From positions 1,426,001 to 1,490,000 of the forward strand of contig CDLV01000012.1 of NCBI GenBank assembly GCA_001244265.2: 64,000 nucleotides of DNA, in the 5' to 3' direction. Each line of letters opens with the position of its first letter. The stretch's first letter is position 1. Origin of the DNA: Microbotryum violaceum (Eukaryota). Of the stretch, positions 10,598 through 22,179 are shown one piece after another. The notes below the pieces were generated by a model, which was not told the DNA's origin, ran no database searches, and saw nothing but the letters and a program-made list of their open reading frames with translations. The position numbers were made by a program, and so were the translations under genes.

Positions 10598-13500
10598 TCA
10601 TCTCAGGTACGCCCTCCGCGTCCTCTGCAACGTCTTTTCGATGAACACGTTCCCTTCGTCCGTTGCGACGGAACGGACGAGAGAACGTTCTTCGTGCGTT
10701 AGGGGGAGGAGGATCAGATCCGCTTCGAGTTCATTCACGACCCAGGACCAGACGTTGAGCTGGTAGGAGAGGACGTGGATGAAGGCTTGGGTCGATAACC
10801 TATTCAAGCTCCACATCAGTCCTGTGCTCGAAACGGGTTGGGCTCGGCGAAGCGAGCAATCAGAATTTGATCGCCAACTCACCACAGCACCACATTCTTA
10901 CCCACCCCAAACTCGGCCCCAAATTTCTTCGCCTTCTTCCCACCACATCTGAACCGAATCAAACTCCACCCATACCCCACCGTACCCCTTACGGCACCCA
11001 AGAAGAAATCCTTCCTCATCCTCGTGCGAGCTTGCTTCCATTCCCGCACGTAGGCCACGAATTTGATCGCGACGATGGCTATGGATTGGTAAATGTTGAG
11101 CAGCACAGTGTAGAGCGTGTTGTGCGAGGTGTCGAGGTAGAGCAGATAGGAACGCACTCTGACTTGGCTGGTTTGGAGAGGGGAAGAGTTCAATGCGCCG
11201 AAGCGATGGGAGTTCATTTGGGGGAACGTACACCATCATTGAATGGAGGAACGACTCCCCGGGTTTGCTATGGCGTTGTACAGTGAGCTTGTTGGTGATG
11301 TCTGGAAACCGAAAGCAGATGAGGGGTCGCCACAGGTTATACGCTCCAAGAACGAAAGCATAAACTGACCCGATTCCGACGACCGGGTCGTGTCTGCTCG
11401 AACGTCCAAGTTCCCTGTGTTAATCGTATGACCGCACCAAGGGAAGGCTAGTCGATCGCCGAAATGGAAACACGATCAGTGTTTCTTCCTTGTCGTTGAT
11501 CGAGAACCGGCACGTGGACTCCACTGACCTGGATCCCTCCAAGGCGGTACGACTTCTTCCGGGCGTAAAGCGATGTCGAAGTTGGTCAGTCGTTTCTCCG
11601 GTGAGATCTTGCAGCCATACTCAGGGATACCTGTACGTGAACAGCCTATTTAGCTGTGTGCTGTACGATCCACCCAAACAGGGATTGAAACATACCCCGA
11701 TCCATAACGCGCAAGAATCGCGCAGCGAGCGGTTTCTGTGTCGTGATGAAGAGAAAATCGTCGACGTAGCGGAGCAGAAGCTGTACGATGGGATACTGGC
11801 CGAAGCTCAATTGATGGAACCCGGTCGAATTTTCGGAGCCAGAACCCACCGAGTTTGGATCGTTCGTGAATTTAAGCACTTTGTGCTCCATGTCCCCGTA
11901 GAATAAACTACAGAGAAGACTTGACAAGACCGAGCCTTGTGGTATCCCGTCCTTTTGTTTGTAGAAATGGGTACCGAACTGTCAAAGATGTGATTGTCGC
12001 ACAGAGGAGAGAGTTAGCTTGGAAAGGCCTCTGCGGCGCCCGATTCTTCTCTACCGACCTTGACGAGGTTGGCGGTAATATGTTCGCGTAGCAGTTTCAT
12101 CACTTCTGGTCGGGTGATGCTTTGGTAGACGACCTAGTGCACACGAATCATCCGAGAATGAGCACGAGCTCGCCAACCATTGGCCAAGGTGAATCCGCTT
12201 CCTACCTGATCGGACAAAACGCCTTCAAGAGTGCGCGCAGCGATCTTCTTCGCGAGGTGCTCGAACTGGTCTTGATCGTCTTCGGGACAAGCGAGGCGGC
12301 GCCAACTTCGGAAAGGCTTGCGCGATTGCAAGATGACTTGAGCGTATTTTTGCACTGCGTAGTCGCTCTGTGTTGTCAGGGGAACACACGTTAGGCACCG
12401 CAAGATTCGTTAAAGAGGGTGCGTTGCGTTGTGCGCTCACCTCGGTGAGCACTTTGTCGACAATCGACAAGAGCTTCTCTTGCTTGACTGAATCGTAAGC
12501 CCCTTGTACATCAACTTTGACGAAGTACAGGGTCGGCCTAACATGCTCCTCTCATGGAGTTAGCGTATGTACCAAAAACCCGGGATTGATGTTTGACTCA
12601 CAGGGGTTGAGTCCCGTTCTTGGACATCTTGATCTTGTACGCCTTGAGTCGCTCGAGGATGTCCAGCGGACTGCCGACGAGTGATCCGACAAGCTGCGGC
12701 TTGCGATTCTGCCCTCATCGCATCAAGAGCCTCAATCGGCTTTTCGAACTATGAGCAACAACGGCTAAGTATCCAACTAACCTTTTCGAACGTCAAAACA
12801 TCGAAGCTGGCCTGCAGCACTTTGTTGATTGTCTTGCCAAGCTCCTTGCGACCAAATGGCTGCAATAGCCAAGACGGGGGCAAAGCTCAGCCATTCACGT
12901 CGGCTCAAGAAAGGGTCTCGCGAGATGCTTACACCAGTGATAAGAGGCTTCCTCGCCAAATTGACGATCGGTCTAAAGCCCGTCGCTTTGGGCAAGAGTC
13001 GCAAGAACGAAAAGCCCAACTGGCGATCGGCAAGGAGGACATGTGCTTTCTCCTGTCGATGAAAACAAATCAAAAGCGGTAAGACGACATCTTCAATCGT
13101 GTATGACGAGAATAGGTCAAGCTCACGTCAGGTATCGAGTCGAACATCGTCTGCCGAATAGAGCTCAGACTCGGACCGCAGATCGAAGACCAATCATCAT
13201 GACGAAAGTAGATGGCCTTCTTGTCGTGTGTCGCCGAGTCCGTGACGCAAAACGCGGTCTTTTGGAGAGCGAGGTCATCACCCTGCATGAGCCTCAGCAA
13301 TCGCCGCGTGAGGCAGCTTTACGGACTTACCCGTACAAGGTCCACAATGAACCCGTCAAAGAACCAGTACAGGAACTCCATTAAAACTTCTCGGCGCTTC
13401 GCCATCTCCACCGAAGGGGCCCGTTGAAAGCGATTTCTCGGACGGGTCGCACTCAGAGGGAGCAACCAATCACAATCCGCGACACAAAGCCCTTGCAATA

Positions 13501-16180
13501 AGGTGTGCAGCGACATGGTCTCGAAGCGGCGCAGGCGTAAGAATTCGCCCGCATCTGTCATTTTTCAAGACGCCTCGGGTTAGGCGGTTTGGGCGACATT
13601 CTCGGGGTTGGAACACAGCAACTGACGCTTCAGAACGAGGTTTTCGTTGGACTTGGATCCCCAGAAATCTCGAGGAATCGTATCGCGCACGATGGCGGTG
13701 ACATAGCGAATTACCTGCTCACGCCTGTATCAGCGGATAGAAGAAGTGAAGGTGTGTAAATTGCGGACACGTACCTCATACGTGGAGCACATGTATTCAG
13801 TGAAGCGAGGTTTTGCCCTGACCCGGGCTCTCGCTTGAGAGGCGCCGTGGGCCATAGGGGTCTCATCCTCCTCATCTTCCTCGTAGTCTTTTGCAGAAGG
13901 CTCGACATGGGGGGATTGAGTGTCCGGTTGCGATATAAGATTCTGCCGTGGAGAACAAAGTAACATTAACAGTCAGGATATTCGATATGCACGCGTAGCC
14001 GCAAAGCTGGGAGGCCCTAACCAGCAACACCGCTCGTTCCGCCTGACTGAGATTGGCTTCCTTGGTGACCTGAGTATAAAGGTCTGAACATGGTCAATAT
14101 TCCCTTGAGGAGGCGCCATACCCAGTTCATACCGGCCCACCTTCTTGGGGCAATACCGATCGAGCATCTTGCGATAGTTGCATCTCGAATGCAGGAGCAT
14201 CATCCTTTGAAGCATCGGTAGCGTTGGCTTGACCCTCTCGGGAGTTTTGACCGTTCCGAGTTTCTGTCGACAAGCCTGTAAGAAATCAGTTTCCCAAGCA
14301 ACCCTGACGAACGTTCCTCTGCTCGTTCTATGCCGACCTTGATCTCGATTTCTCGATCGTGGTGATCAGAAACGACCTCCACGTTGAGCCTCGGCTTGGG
14401 ATAGGTGAAGACGTTGTGCAGGCCAAACTGGCGAGGAAAGATGTACTTGGCGAGGTGTCGAGCACCGCCTAGTAGCTGCCCTGCATCGGCTTTGGTTTGT
14501 TGGGCCGCCGGAGGGAACATGGCTGGCAATCGTGTAAGGATATCTAGAGGTAGAAAGGGCTCAGCTTCCCGACGCGACGACAAGCGACCTTGGTAAGGAA
14601 GTCCTCTCTTACGCTTGTTGGAGAGACCGTAGACGAGGCGGGCTTTGGGGTCTTTGTTAGGACGAGCATGATACAAACGCATCCGTGGAATCACTATCTC
14701 ACTTGGAGAATTCCTGCAGAGCTGTGTGCATTAGAAGAGTGGTTCGGGCGTTTGACAGCGCGGGTGCGTACGTACAAGGTCGGTAACTTCTTCCGCTTCA
14801 CTGGCCGAGCCAATCCCTCATTCTGCTTTCGCTTTAATGTTGCCAAGTTGGAGTCGAAGTTGTGATCGTCGACGTCCATGCTCGATGCGGTCCTACTCAT
14901 GGGAGCGGCCGATGGTCTGTTAGGTTCGACAAAGTCTGGCGCCGCCGGCAAAGGTCCGGTGACAAATCCAGTCGCCTTGACCTCATCCACGTCCATCGGC
15001 ACCGGACCATCTATATCAATCGGTTCGCTTTGAAACTTGCTCTTGGCTCTGGATCGCTTGCGCTTTCGTGACGGCTTGGCGACATCGCCCTTGGCGGCTC
15101 GCGAAGCGAGCGTGATGAGTTCGGCCAGAGGCGTACCGGAGCATTGCAGAAGGCATCCATTCGGCAATAGCGAGAACACCGCAAGGTCAGGCGACGCGAG
15201 GAGGTGTATCATAGCGTTGGTACCAATTCTATAACGAATAACATCAGCATGTACTAGCTTGCCGACTCGATTTGGCCCGCGTCTGGACGACCGCGTCGTC
15301 AAGTCAAAGAAACCTGCCCTCACCTGCGCAGAAGTGTGAGCCAGTTCTTGCTGATGCTGATAGATCCAAGGGTGGTGTTGACGTGGTCATTAACTACTTT
15401 GGTTGTGTCTCCTGTCCCGACCGAATCCAATCGGTAGACGTTGACCTGCACCAAGTGAATCGCGGCGGTTCCGTCCCATAGGATGGCATAGGTGGCACAC
15501 AGGTGGCACACAAGTGGAGCGTGAGGTCGTGAGGTCGTGAGGTCGTGATGTCAATTTGCAGCGCGCATAGGCTCGTGAGGCTGATCGTCATTCCAGGTCG
15601 ACATACCGGTCGATGGCCCAAGCATAGCACGTTCTTGGGTGTGCTCGATGTCCAAGTACCAGGTGCTTGACGGTTTTTGGCCAACTTCTTGGCATGCTGG
15701 GCAAAGATTCGGGTGTGCACTTGTGCAAGCACCTGATGACATAGCCGCCAGACAACTCGAAGCGGTCAGCGCCACGCATCTGACGAAGCTGGATCTAGAA
15801 GTTGAACAAGCGCATCAAATCTGATCACTTACCTCCTGCATGCCCACAGTGACCACGTCTCCTGCTTCATGCTTCAGCTGCTGCAGCGCTCGCCATCCCT
15901 CGTCGTCGCGTTCATCGACCGTGCACGTCGCAACAATGGTTTGCTTGACAAAGGTGATGTAGCTCGACGTGTCCTCTGCTCTGAGAATGAGTTCAAGGGG
16001 AAGCAGGTTTGCAAGCGCCCTGTGCGTGCGATAGAAGACGTCGAGTAGGCGATGTGGGGGTCGGTTCGGCTCGGGCCCTCTGGCTTGGGCGTGCGAAGCG
16101 GCGAGCGTCGTGGGGGGAGGTGCCGAGCTTGTGGGCGACGCAGGCCGCGCAGGAAGCGGATGGGGGAAGCGTGACGACAT
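10598..16180 (-). CDS. TERT: Telomerase reverse transcriptase (many introns)
   Basis: TEN/GQ (WLTLLRR/IGTNAMIHLL..LPNG..QCSGTPL), KYIFPRQFGLHNVF, T motif (FCVTDS..YFRHDDW), motifs 1/2 (LRLLPKATGFRPIVNL), A (YFVKVDVQGAYD), B' (GIPQGSVLSSLLCSLFY), C (LLRYVDDFLFIT) and E (FPWCG). All three catalytic Asp residues are present. Confidence 0.96.
15490..15548. repeat. Short tandem repeats inside a TERT intron
   Basis: AGGTGGCACAC x2 and GTGAGGTC x3 within the predicted intron at about 15447-15606. Confidence 0.8.
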
Positions 16181-16958
16181 CCGGTCAGGTACGCATGGTC
16201 AGCCTGTCGCCGTAGTGTTGAGGTCGGTCGAGAGAGGGGCTGCGTCGAGCCACGGCGCGCTTCAAACTGGGCCGCCTGACAATTGGAACAAAAGACGTCC
16301 GCGATATCGACGTTCCCCGTAGGTTGTGATTCTGTGATTCGTAATCGTACATTCTGGCATTGTGAATTTTTCTCTGAGCTTCTCAGTCCAATACAAAGCT
16401 ACCCTACATCTAAACGTATATGATGTTCATCCCAACAATCGGTTCTGCCGAATCATAAACTCAAGTTGAAGTACTGTCCGAAACGTAATGCCGTCGATCG
16501 GGAATCCATCGTCCGTCGCTAATTCTGCCATCGCCGCATCGGTATGGACTGACTCGTTGACAGAGGTGCCTGGCTGCTTTTGAAGAGAGTCCCATCTGCC
16601 TCTCAAGATCAGGATGGAGATCGAGGTAATTAGACTCGCTTTAAATCATCGATCCGTTGGGCTGTTTGGATGCGCCTCAGCTTCGTCACAACGTCATCGA
16701 CGAGCGGTTCGCTCCATCTCCAGTGGAGTGGACGGCTAAATACTACGCATGTCAATGGTAGGTACGGTGAGTACACGGGAGTATTGGAAGTGACCTATAC
16801 TATCATTGTGAAAGTGACGGTTTTTGAGTCTGTCGGGAATGAGTCCAATTCATCATAAGTAATCCGCCGGGTGTTTTCATATGTCACGGAATGTCCAGAC
16901 GAGTTTGCTCTTCGGGGTGACTTAATTTTTCATCCTGGAAAAAGGAAACTCCTATTGG

Positions 16959-18380
16959 ATGGACAACAACAACAGCACCAACAACGCCAGCCATGCTGCT
17001 ATACCACCTCTTCGCCCTGACCCTCCCGATCCTCCCCGCCAAGACCCCGCCACCACCACTAAATCATACTCCGCCGCGGTCGGCGCCCGCTCCGCTGCGA
17101 AGCACGGAAACGCCACCGCCAACGCCTCGACTGCCGTCGCCGCCCATCCACTGATGCACAACATCGAGAATTGTGTCATCATCAACACCCCACCCTCAAC
17201 CTCGGTCGAGCAAGTCCTCCTCGCGCTTGACAAATACTACCCTGGCCTTACCGGCGCAATGCCATGCGTCATCAAGGGTCAGCGCGGCCTCCGCTTTCCC
17301 AAGGCCGCCGATCTCGACACCCTGGTGGCCAACGGCCTCACTGTTGGCAAGACTCTGTGCAAAGTCGAGAAGCTGTACAGCTCTACTAGAGGAGGTGTTG
17401 TACAATGCACCCTTACGGGCTTTTTCTCCGACCCCGAGGGCCTCTGCCTATTCGATGAGCAGATCGCTGCCTATGGCACGGTCCTCCGTCGTCGCATCCA
17501 ATACATTGGAAAGACGAAACATATCTCTGGGGTGTACGACTTTATCCTTTCCCTTAAGGATGTAGATGTTTTGCCCCCTGCCTCACTTTCTATTGCTCGT
17601 GACGGTGTCACTGAGCGAATCCCACTGAGGATCACCGGTGGCATGCGCCACTGCGTCTTCTGCCGTTCCGCGGCTCACGTCCGTAAGGATTGCCCCGTCG
17701 CCCCGGCGTGCAAGTCCTGCGCGAGCACCTCGCACGCCACCCAGCACTGCCCGGCCCGCCATGCGTCGAGCCCCCAGGGACCCCCCACGTCACGTGCCCC
17801 GCAAGCCTCCACCGTTACCACCGCCGCCCCCGCCGCCGTGTCCAAGTCGATCTCCCCGGCCTCCGCCCACGACCGCACGACCAAAAAACGTCGCGTGGAA
17901 CAGGATCTGGCTGCCCAGACTGAAGATCTGTCCAACAGAGCTCAGCCCGATTCTCTGTCGAAGAATGCCCGCCCCGAGTTCTCCTTCAATTTCCCTTGCA
18001 AAACTGCCACTCCTCCTGCCCCCCAGCCTGCCTCCAATCAGGGAATTGCCTACTCCCTAGTTGAAAAATCCTCCGAGTCCCCCAGCTCAGAGACCACCTC
18101 TCCATCCCCAAGCCCTCCTCCGGCCACGCCAAAGTCGATCATAACTCGATCCAAGTCGATTGCCGCCCTCTCCAAGCCAGCCACTCGTGAAGCCCCTCCC
18201 ACTGCGCCTGCCCTCGAAGCCTCCGAGCCGAGCCCCGAGCCGTCTTCGCCCACGCCGTTGCCCTCAGCCGCGCCCAAAGCCCGACCCGATGACGCCGACA
18301 CCGACGACGAGGCCGAAGACCAAGAAGCACCTCCTAAGGACGTGGAAGACGCTATGGACCAAGATGATGAGCACAACTAA
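16959..18380 (+). CDS. LINE ORF1 gag-like nucleic-acid-binding protein
   Basis: 473-aa intronless ORF with CVFCRSAAHVRKDC and CKSCASTSHATQHC zinc knuckles and a Pro/Ser-rich, acidic tail. Confidence 0.9.
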   Translation: MDNNNSTNNASHAAIPPLRPDPPDPPRQDPATTTKSYSAAVGARSAAKHGNATANASTAVAAHPLMHNIENCVIINTPPSTSVEQVLLALDKYYPGLTGAMPCVIKGQRGLRFPKAADLDTLVANGLTVGKTLCKVEKLYSSTRGGVVQCTLTGFFSDPEGLCLFDEQIAAYGTVLRRRIQYIGKTKHISGVYDFILSLKDVDVLPPASLSIARDGVTERIPLRITGGMRHCVFCRSAAHVRKDCPVAPACKSCASTSHATQHCPARHASSPQGPPTSRAPQASTVTTAAPAAVSKSISPASAHDRTTKKRRVEQDLAAQTEDLSNRAQPDSLSKNARPEFSFNFPCKTATPPAPQPASNQGIAYSLVEKSSESPSSETTSPSPSPPPATPKSIITRSKSIAALSKPATREAPPTAPALEASEPSPEPSSPTPLPSAAPKARPDDADTDDEAEDQEAPPKDVEDAMDQDDEHN

Positions 18381-21300
18381 AATCCCAAACGTGTCTTTTG
18401 TTGCTGCCAACGTGCAGTCAATCAATGAAGACCGTAAGCGTGCCTCTTTTTTCTCCAATCTCCGCTCCCATAACGCCGACGTCTTTCTCCTGAGCGAAAC
18501 TGGCCGACCTTCCCCCGAAAGGGTGGCCCAGTGGACTCAGGAGTGCCAAGACTTAAAGCTCTCCGCTCTTTTCACTCCTTTCAACAACACTGCCATACTT
18601 TGAAAGAGCGACTCCGTGGTCATGACTTTGGATCCCGAGTCGCCTCCAAACACTCTTCGTGCCTCTTTCTCTTTCCCGGACCGAGTCACCGACGCCACCT
18701 TTTGTGTGGGTGATTCAAAAGTCCGGGTTGTATCAATATACGCGCCTTCCTCCGACAAGCCAGACAAAAAACGCTTCCTCTCACACCTCAGCACCGCCCT
18801 CCGACAAGTTGTACGTGACGAACCCTCGCCGCCTGCGCTCCTAGTCGGGGGGGACTGGAATTGTGTTGAGTCCCAGCCCCTCGATTCGGAGAACCAAAAC
18901 GGAACGAATTATGGGGGTCAGGAGATGCGCGACCTTGCCACGGCCAACAATCTTTTCGACGCCTATCGGCTCCATCATCCCAAAGGACGAGCCACGACGA
19001 ATCGCTCAGCGCCCGGCACGTGCCGTCGCCTTGACCGCATCTATGTCTCGCCTGATTGGGTCGACCTCTTCCATGATCACAAAATTTGGGCTCCTGTCCT
19101 CAAATCGACGCACTCAATGGTTGTGGCACGGTTCCAAGTGCCGGGCGCAGTCGACATCGGTCCGGGCAAATTCAAGCTGGGTTTGCACGTGATCGAGGGC
19201 GACGCGACCTGCGAGTACCTCACCTCCATTGTCCGCACCCTTTACAACAAAGCCCTCCTCCAGACGCCCAACGATCCACCAGCAGCTTGGATGTCCACCA
19301 AACACCGCCTGCTGCCCGAGCTGCAGGCTCTGGCCCGGACTTTCGCTCGGTTCCGTCGTGGCGGGTCGGAGCAAGAGAGGGCTGACCACTCGCGCTACGG
19401 CGCGGCCCTGCGGTCCCGCCTCGACCCATCTCTGGCGGGTCCCTCTTCCATCTTCATCCGCCTGCGCAAAGTGCGAGCATCCGACCTGATCCCTTCGCTC
19501 ACGGTCAACGATGTTGTTCATTCCGACCCTGATTCGATGCTTGGAGCGGCCAGCGACTACTTCGAGCGGGTCTATGAGGACCGCCCCATCGATGACGCGG
19601 TCCTGAAGGCGATCATCGACGGCCTCGCTTCAACTCGCCTCTCCCCCGCGGACTCACTCAAGCTCGAGGAAGCGTACCCGTTGGAGGAGATGACAAAGGC
19701 TCAAGCGGCGTGTAAGTCGAACTCTTCGCCAGGGCCTGACGGCCTCCCGGTTGAGTTTTATCGCGCTACGTGGCCGGCCACTGGCCCGATTCTTCGAGAC
19801 GTCATCAACTCGATCCCCACCGAGGCCCGTCAGCCTGGACCTCTTCCCCGCAACACCACCTACATCCAGCTCATCCACAAACGCGGCGAGAGGGATCAGC
19901 TTTCGAACAAACGCCCCATATCGCTCATCAATGCGGACGAGCGCATCATCTCGAGCCCACAACCAGCGCCTCGCTCCCTTGCTCGAGTCCCTGATCGGCC
20001 CAACCCAACGTGGCTTTGTTCCGAACCGTTGGATCGGCACGAACATCGCTGAAGTCCAATGTCTCATGGACCCTGGACTTCCGGGCTCTCTGACATGCTA
20101 GCGGTGATGGACTTTGAAAAGGCTTACGATCGTCTTTCCCACCCGTACCTTGATGCAGTCCTCTGCGCCGTTGGCCTCGGCCCCAAAGCCCGCTAATGGT
20201 ACCGAGCGACCTACACCAACCAATCTGCCTCGATCTTCCTCAACGGTTGGCTCTCTGCCACTTTCGACATCCTGTCGGGCGTTCGGCAAGGTGATCCTTT
20301 GGCTCCGTCTCTCTTCGTCCTGGCGATCGAAGGTTTTGCCTGTCAGATTCGATTGAGAGTCAAGGGCATCGATATCGCGGGCCTCCAAAACGTTCGCGAA
20401 CTCCTTTTGCCGACGACGCTTGCTGCGCACTCCACAACCTCTCGGACCTCGACCACCTCAATCGGGCGATCGAGCTTTACGAACGGGCAAGTGCCAGCAA
20501 GCTCAGCAACGTCAAATCTTTCCTCTACCCCCTTGGAACTTTTCGGGATCGGTCGATCGCCCCAGATCTCGGGACCTGGCGTCTCAGCGATTCGCAGTTT
20601 CGCTACCTTGGTATTCAGGTCGGGGTGGAGATCGCCGAGGATGCGGGCTGGGAAGATGTCAAGGCCTCGACCATCGCTCGGATACGCTCGATTCCGATGT
20701 ACGATCTCCCATATGCAGCCAAGTGTTCGATCATCAACATCTACTGCTACACAAAGATCTTACTACAGCCGATTCCTTCCCGCCCCCAAGAGCGTTGTCA
20801 AGGAGATCGAGGAGGCCGCCATGCTCGCCATTCACGGTCGAGCTTCGGATGGTACTCAGCGACGTCCGAAGGTCTCCCGGTCGCGCCTCTGCACCCCTCT
20901 TGATCACGGCGGCTTCGGTTTGATTGATCTGCCTCGGCGTCTAGCAATCGATCACGCGAAGTGGGTCTTCCAGCTCCGGGCCCCGGACGGCTGTTTCACA
21001 CGCCACCTCTTCGACATCCGCATCCGCCTCCAGGCACCAAACGAACCAACCCCTTTCACCTTGTCCAGACCGGCCCCCAACCAGCATCGTTGCCCTTGGA
21101 TTTGGATCTGGTGGGCATACTTTTGCCATCCTCCCCCAAAGTGGGACCATGCGGTGAGAAAAACGACAAAACTTCTTCCTGCTCGTTGGGTCCGATACTT
21201 CGGCCTGGGCGTTGGTGACCACGCTCAATCCCCCGGAACTCTCCAAGAGCCAGAACCTTGAGCAATGGGCGTCGCACGTACTCTTCTTCCCAGCGGGCCA

Positions 21301-21922
21301 CGGAATACAACTCTCGGTAAACCCGACGCTTCTTCGAGGGCCCGATGGCGAGGTGATGACCCCGTCTTCGTTTGTGAACGCGTCCAAACGCCACCAAGTC
21401 TTCATCTTCCCCCTTATCTTCCCCAAGGGACACCAGAAGGTATTCGATCTGCCTGAGCAACGCTGGAACGCTTGGTGGAAAGCTTTGCGCAAGGTTCGCC
21501 GGGTTCACTCGGACGCCGAGGATACCGGCCACCTTCTCTCCCTGGGGTCCCTCCATCCGGGAAGCCAAGTCGCCTCCCCAACCAGCCCACATCCCAACAA
21601 TCGATCTACCTCCTGTGTGATGTGCCTCTCGGAAGCACCCAAGTGCCTGGTTCACCTCGCGGTCGGCTGCCCATTTGCCCGGCGCCTCTGGTCTGCTCTG
21701 TCCCCGACCCCCCACCCAGTCTTTGTGGACTTTGTATGCCCGGTCGTGTCTCGCTCGGAACGTCGACTTGTCGAACTACGAGTCCTCTTCTTTCACTCGA
21801 TCTGGAAGCTCTGTCGCCGTCGTCGATTCTCGTCGGATCTTTTGGAACCGATCACCGAAACGGAGTTCGAGGGGCTTCGAGCCTCTATCCAGGAGTCCAA
21901 GGGTCGCCTAGTGTCTCTGTAA
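18364..21922 (+). pseudogene. LINE ORF2 (APE endonuclease, reverse transcriptase, zinc finger) with stops and frameshifts
   Basis: APE: NVQSIN, LSET, GGDWN, RLDRIY. RT: SPGPDGLPVEFY, RPISLINADERI, DFEKAYD, GVRQGDPLAP, (L)FADD, YLG. Zinc finger: CVMC..HLAVGC. Stops at 18601-18603 (TGA) and 20194-20196 (TAA); frameshifts near 19953, 20097, 20406, 20760 and 21200. Confidence 0.92.
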
Positions 21923-22179
21923 GACACCAAAGGGGGTTTTAGTGGGTATGGTTGATCCTGGTTCAGGGTCAATGAGTCCTACACTACTGGCTTCTGCCAG
22001 TGTGCGTAACAGCATTCCCTCCGACTTTTCCGAAGATTTCTAGGTATTAATATAATTATGCTGTTAATGAAGTCTATCAAATAAATAAAAACTGCAAGCT
22101 CGAGCCCAAGCGAGTGAGCTACCGAGTGAGTTAAGACAGTCAGGAATACCCGGCTCGAATGGCTGCCACGTGAGCGCCT

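Larger units (their letters stand above)
16900..22091 (+). mobile_element. Non-LTR retrotransposon (LINE, L1/Tx1-like), full-length but disrupted; 5' boundary approximate
   Basis: ORF1 with two CCHC knuckles, ORF2 with APE + RT + C-terminal zinc finger, a short 3' UTR and an A-rich tail (22079-22091). No target-site duplication found. Confidence 0.93.

Noticed and set aside
13577..14022. Telomerase RNA template or telomeric repeats near TERT (CCTAACCC, CCCTAACC)
   Set aside because: Isolated 8-mers inside TERT introns, one being the CTAAC branch point; no 1.5-repeat template or tandem TTAGGG was seen in the window.
16860..16945. Hammerhead or HDV ribozyme in the LINE 5' UTR
   Set aside because: A C(UUCG)G hairpin and CAGACGA are present, but the CUGANGA and GAAA core positions do not match and no HDV pseudoknot could be built.
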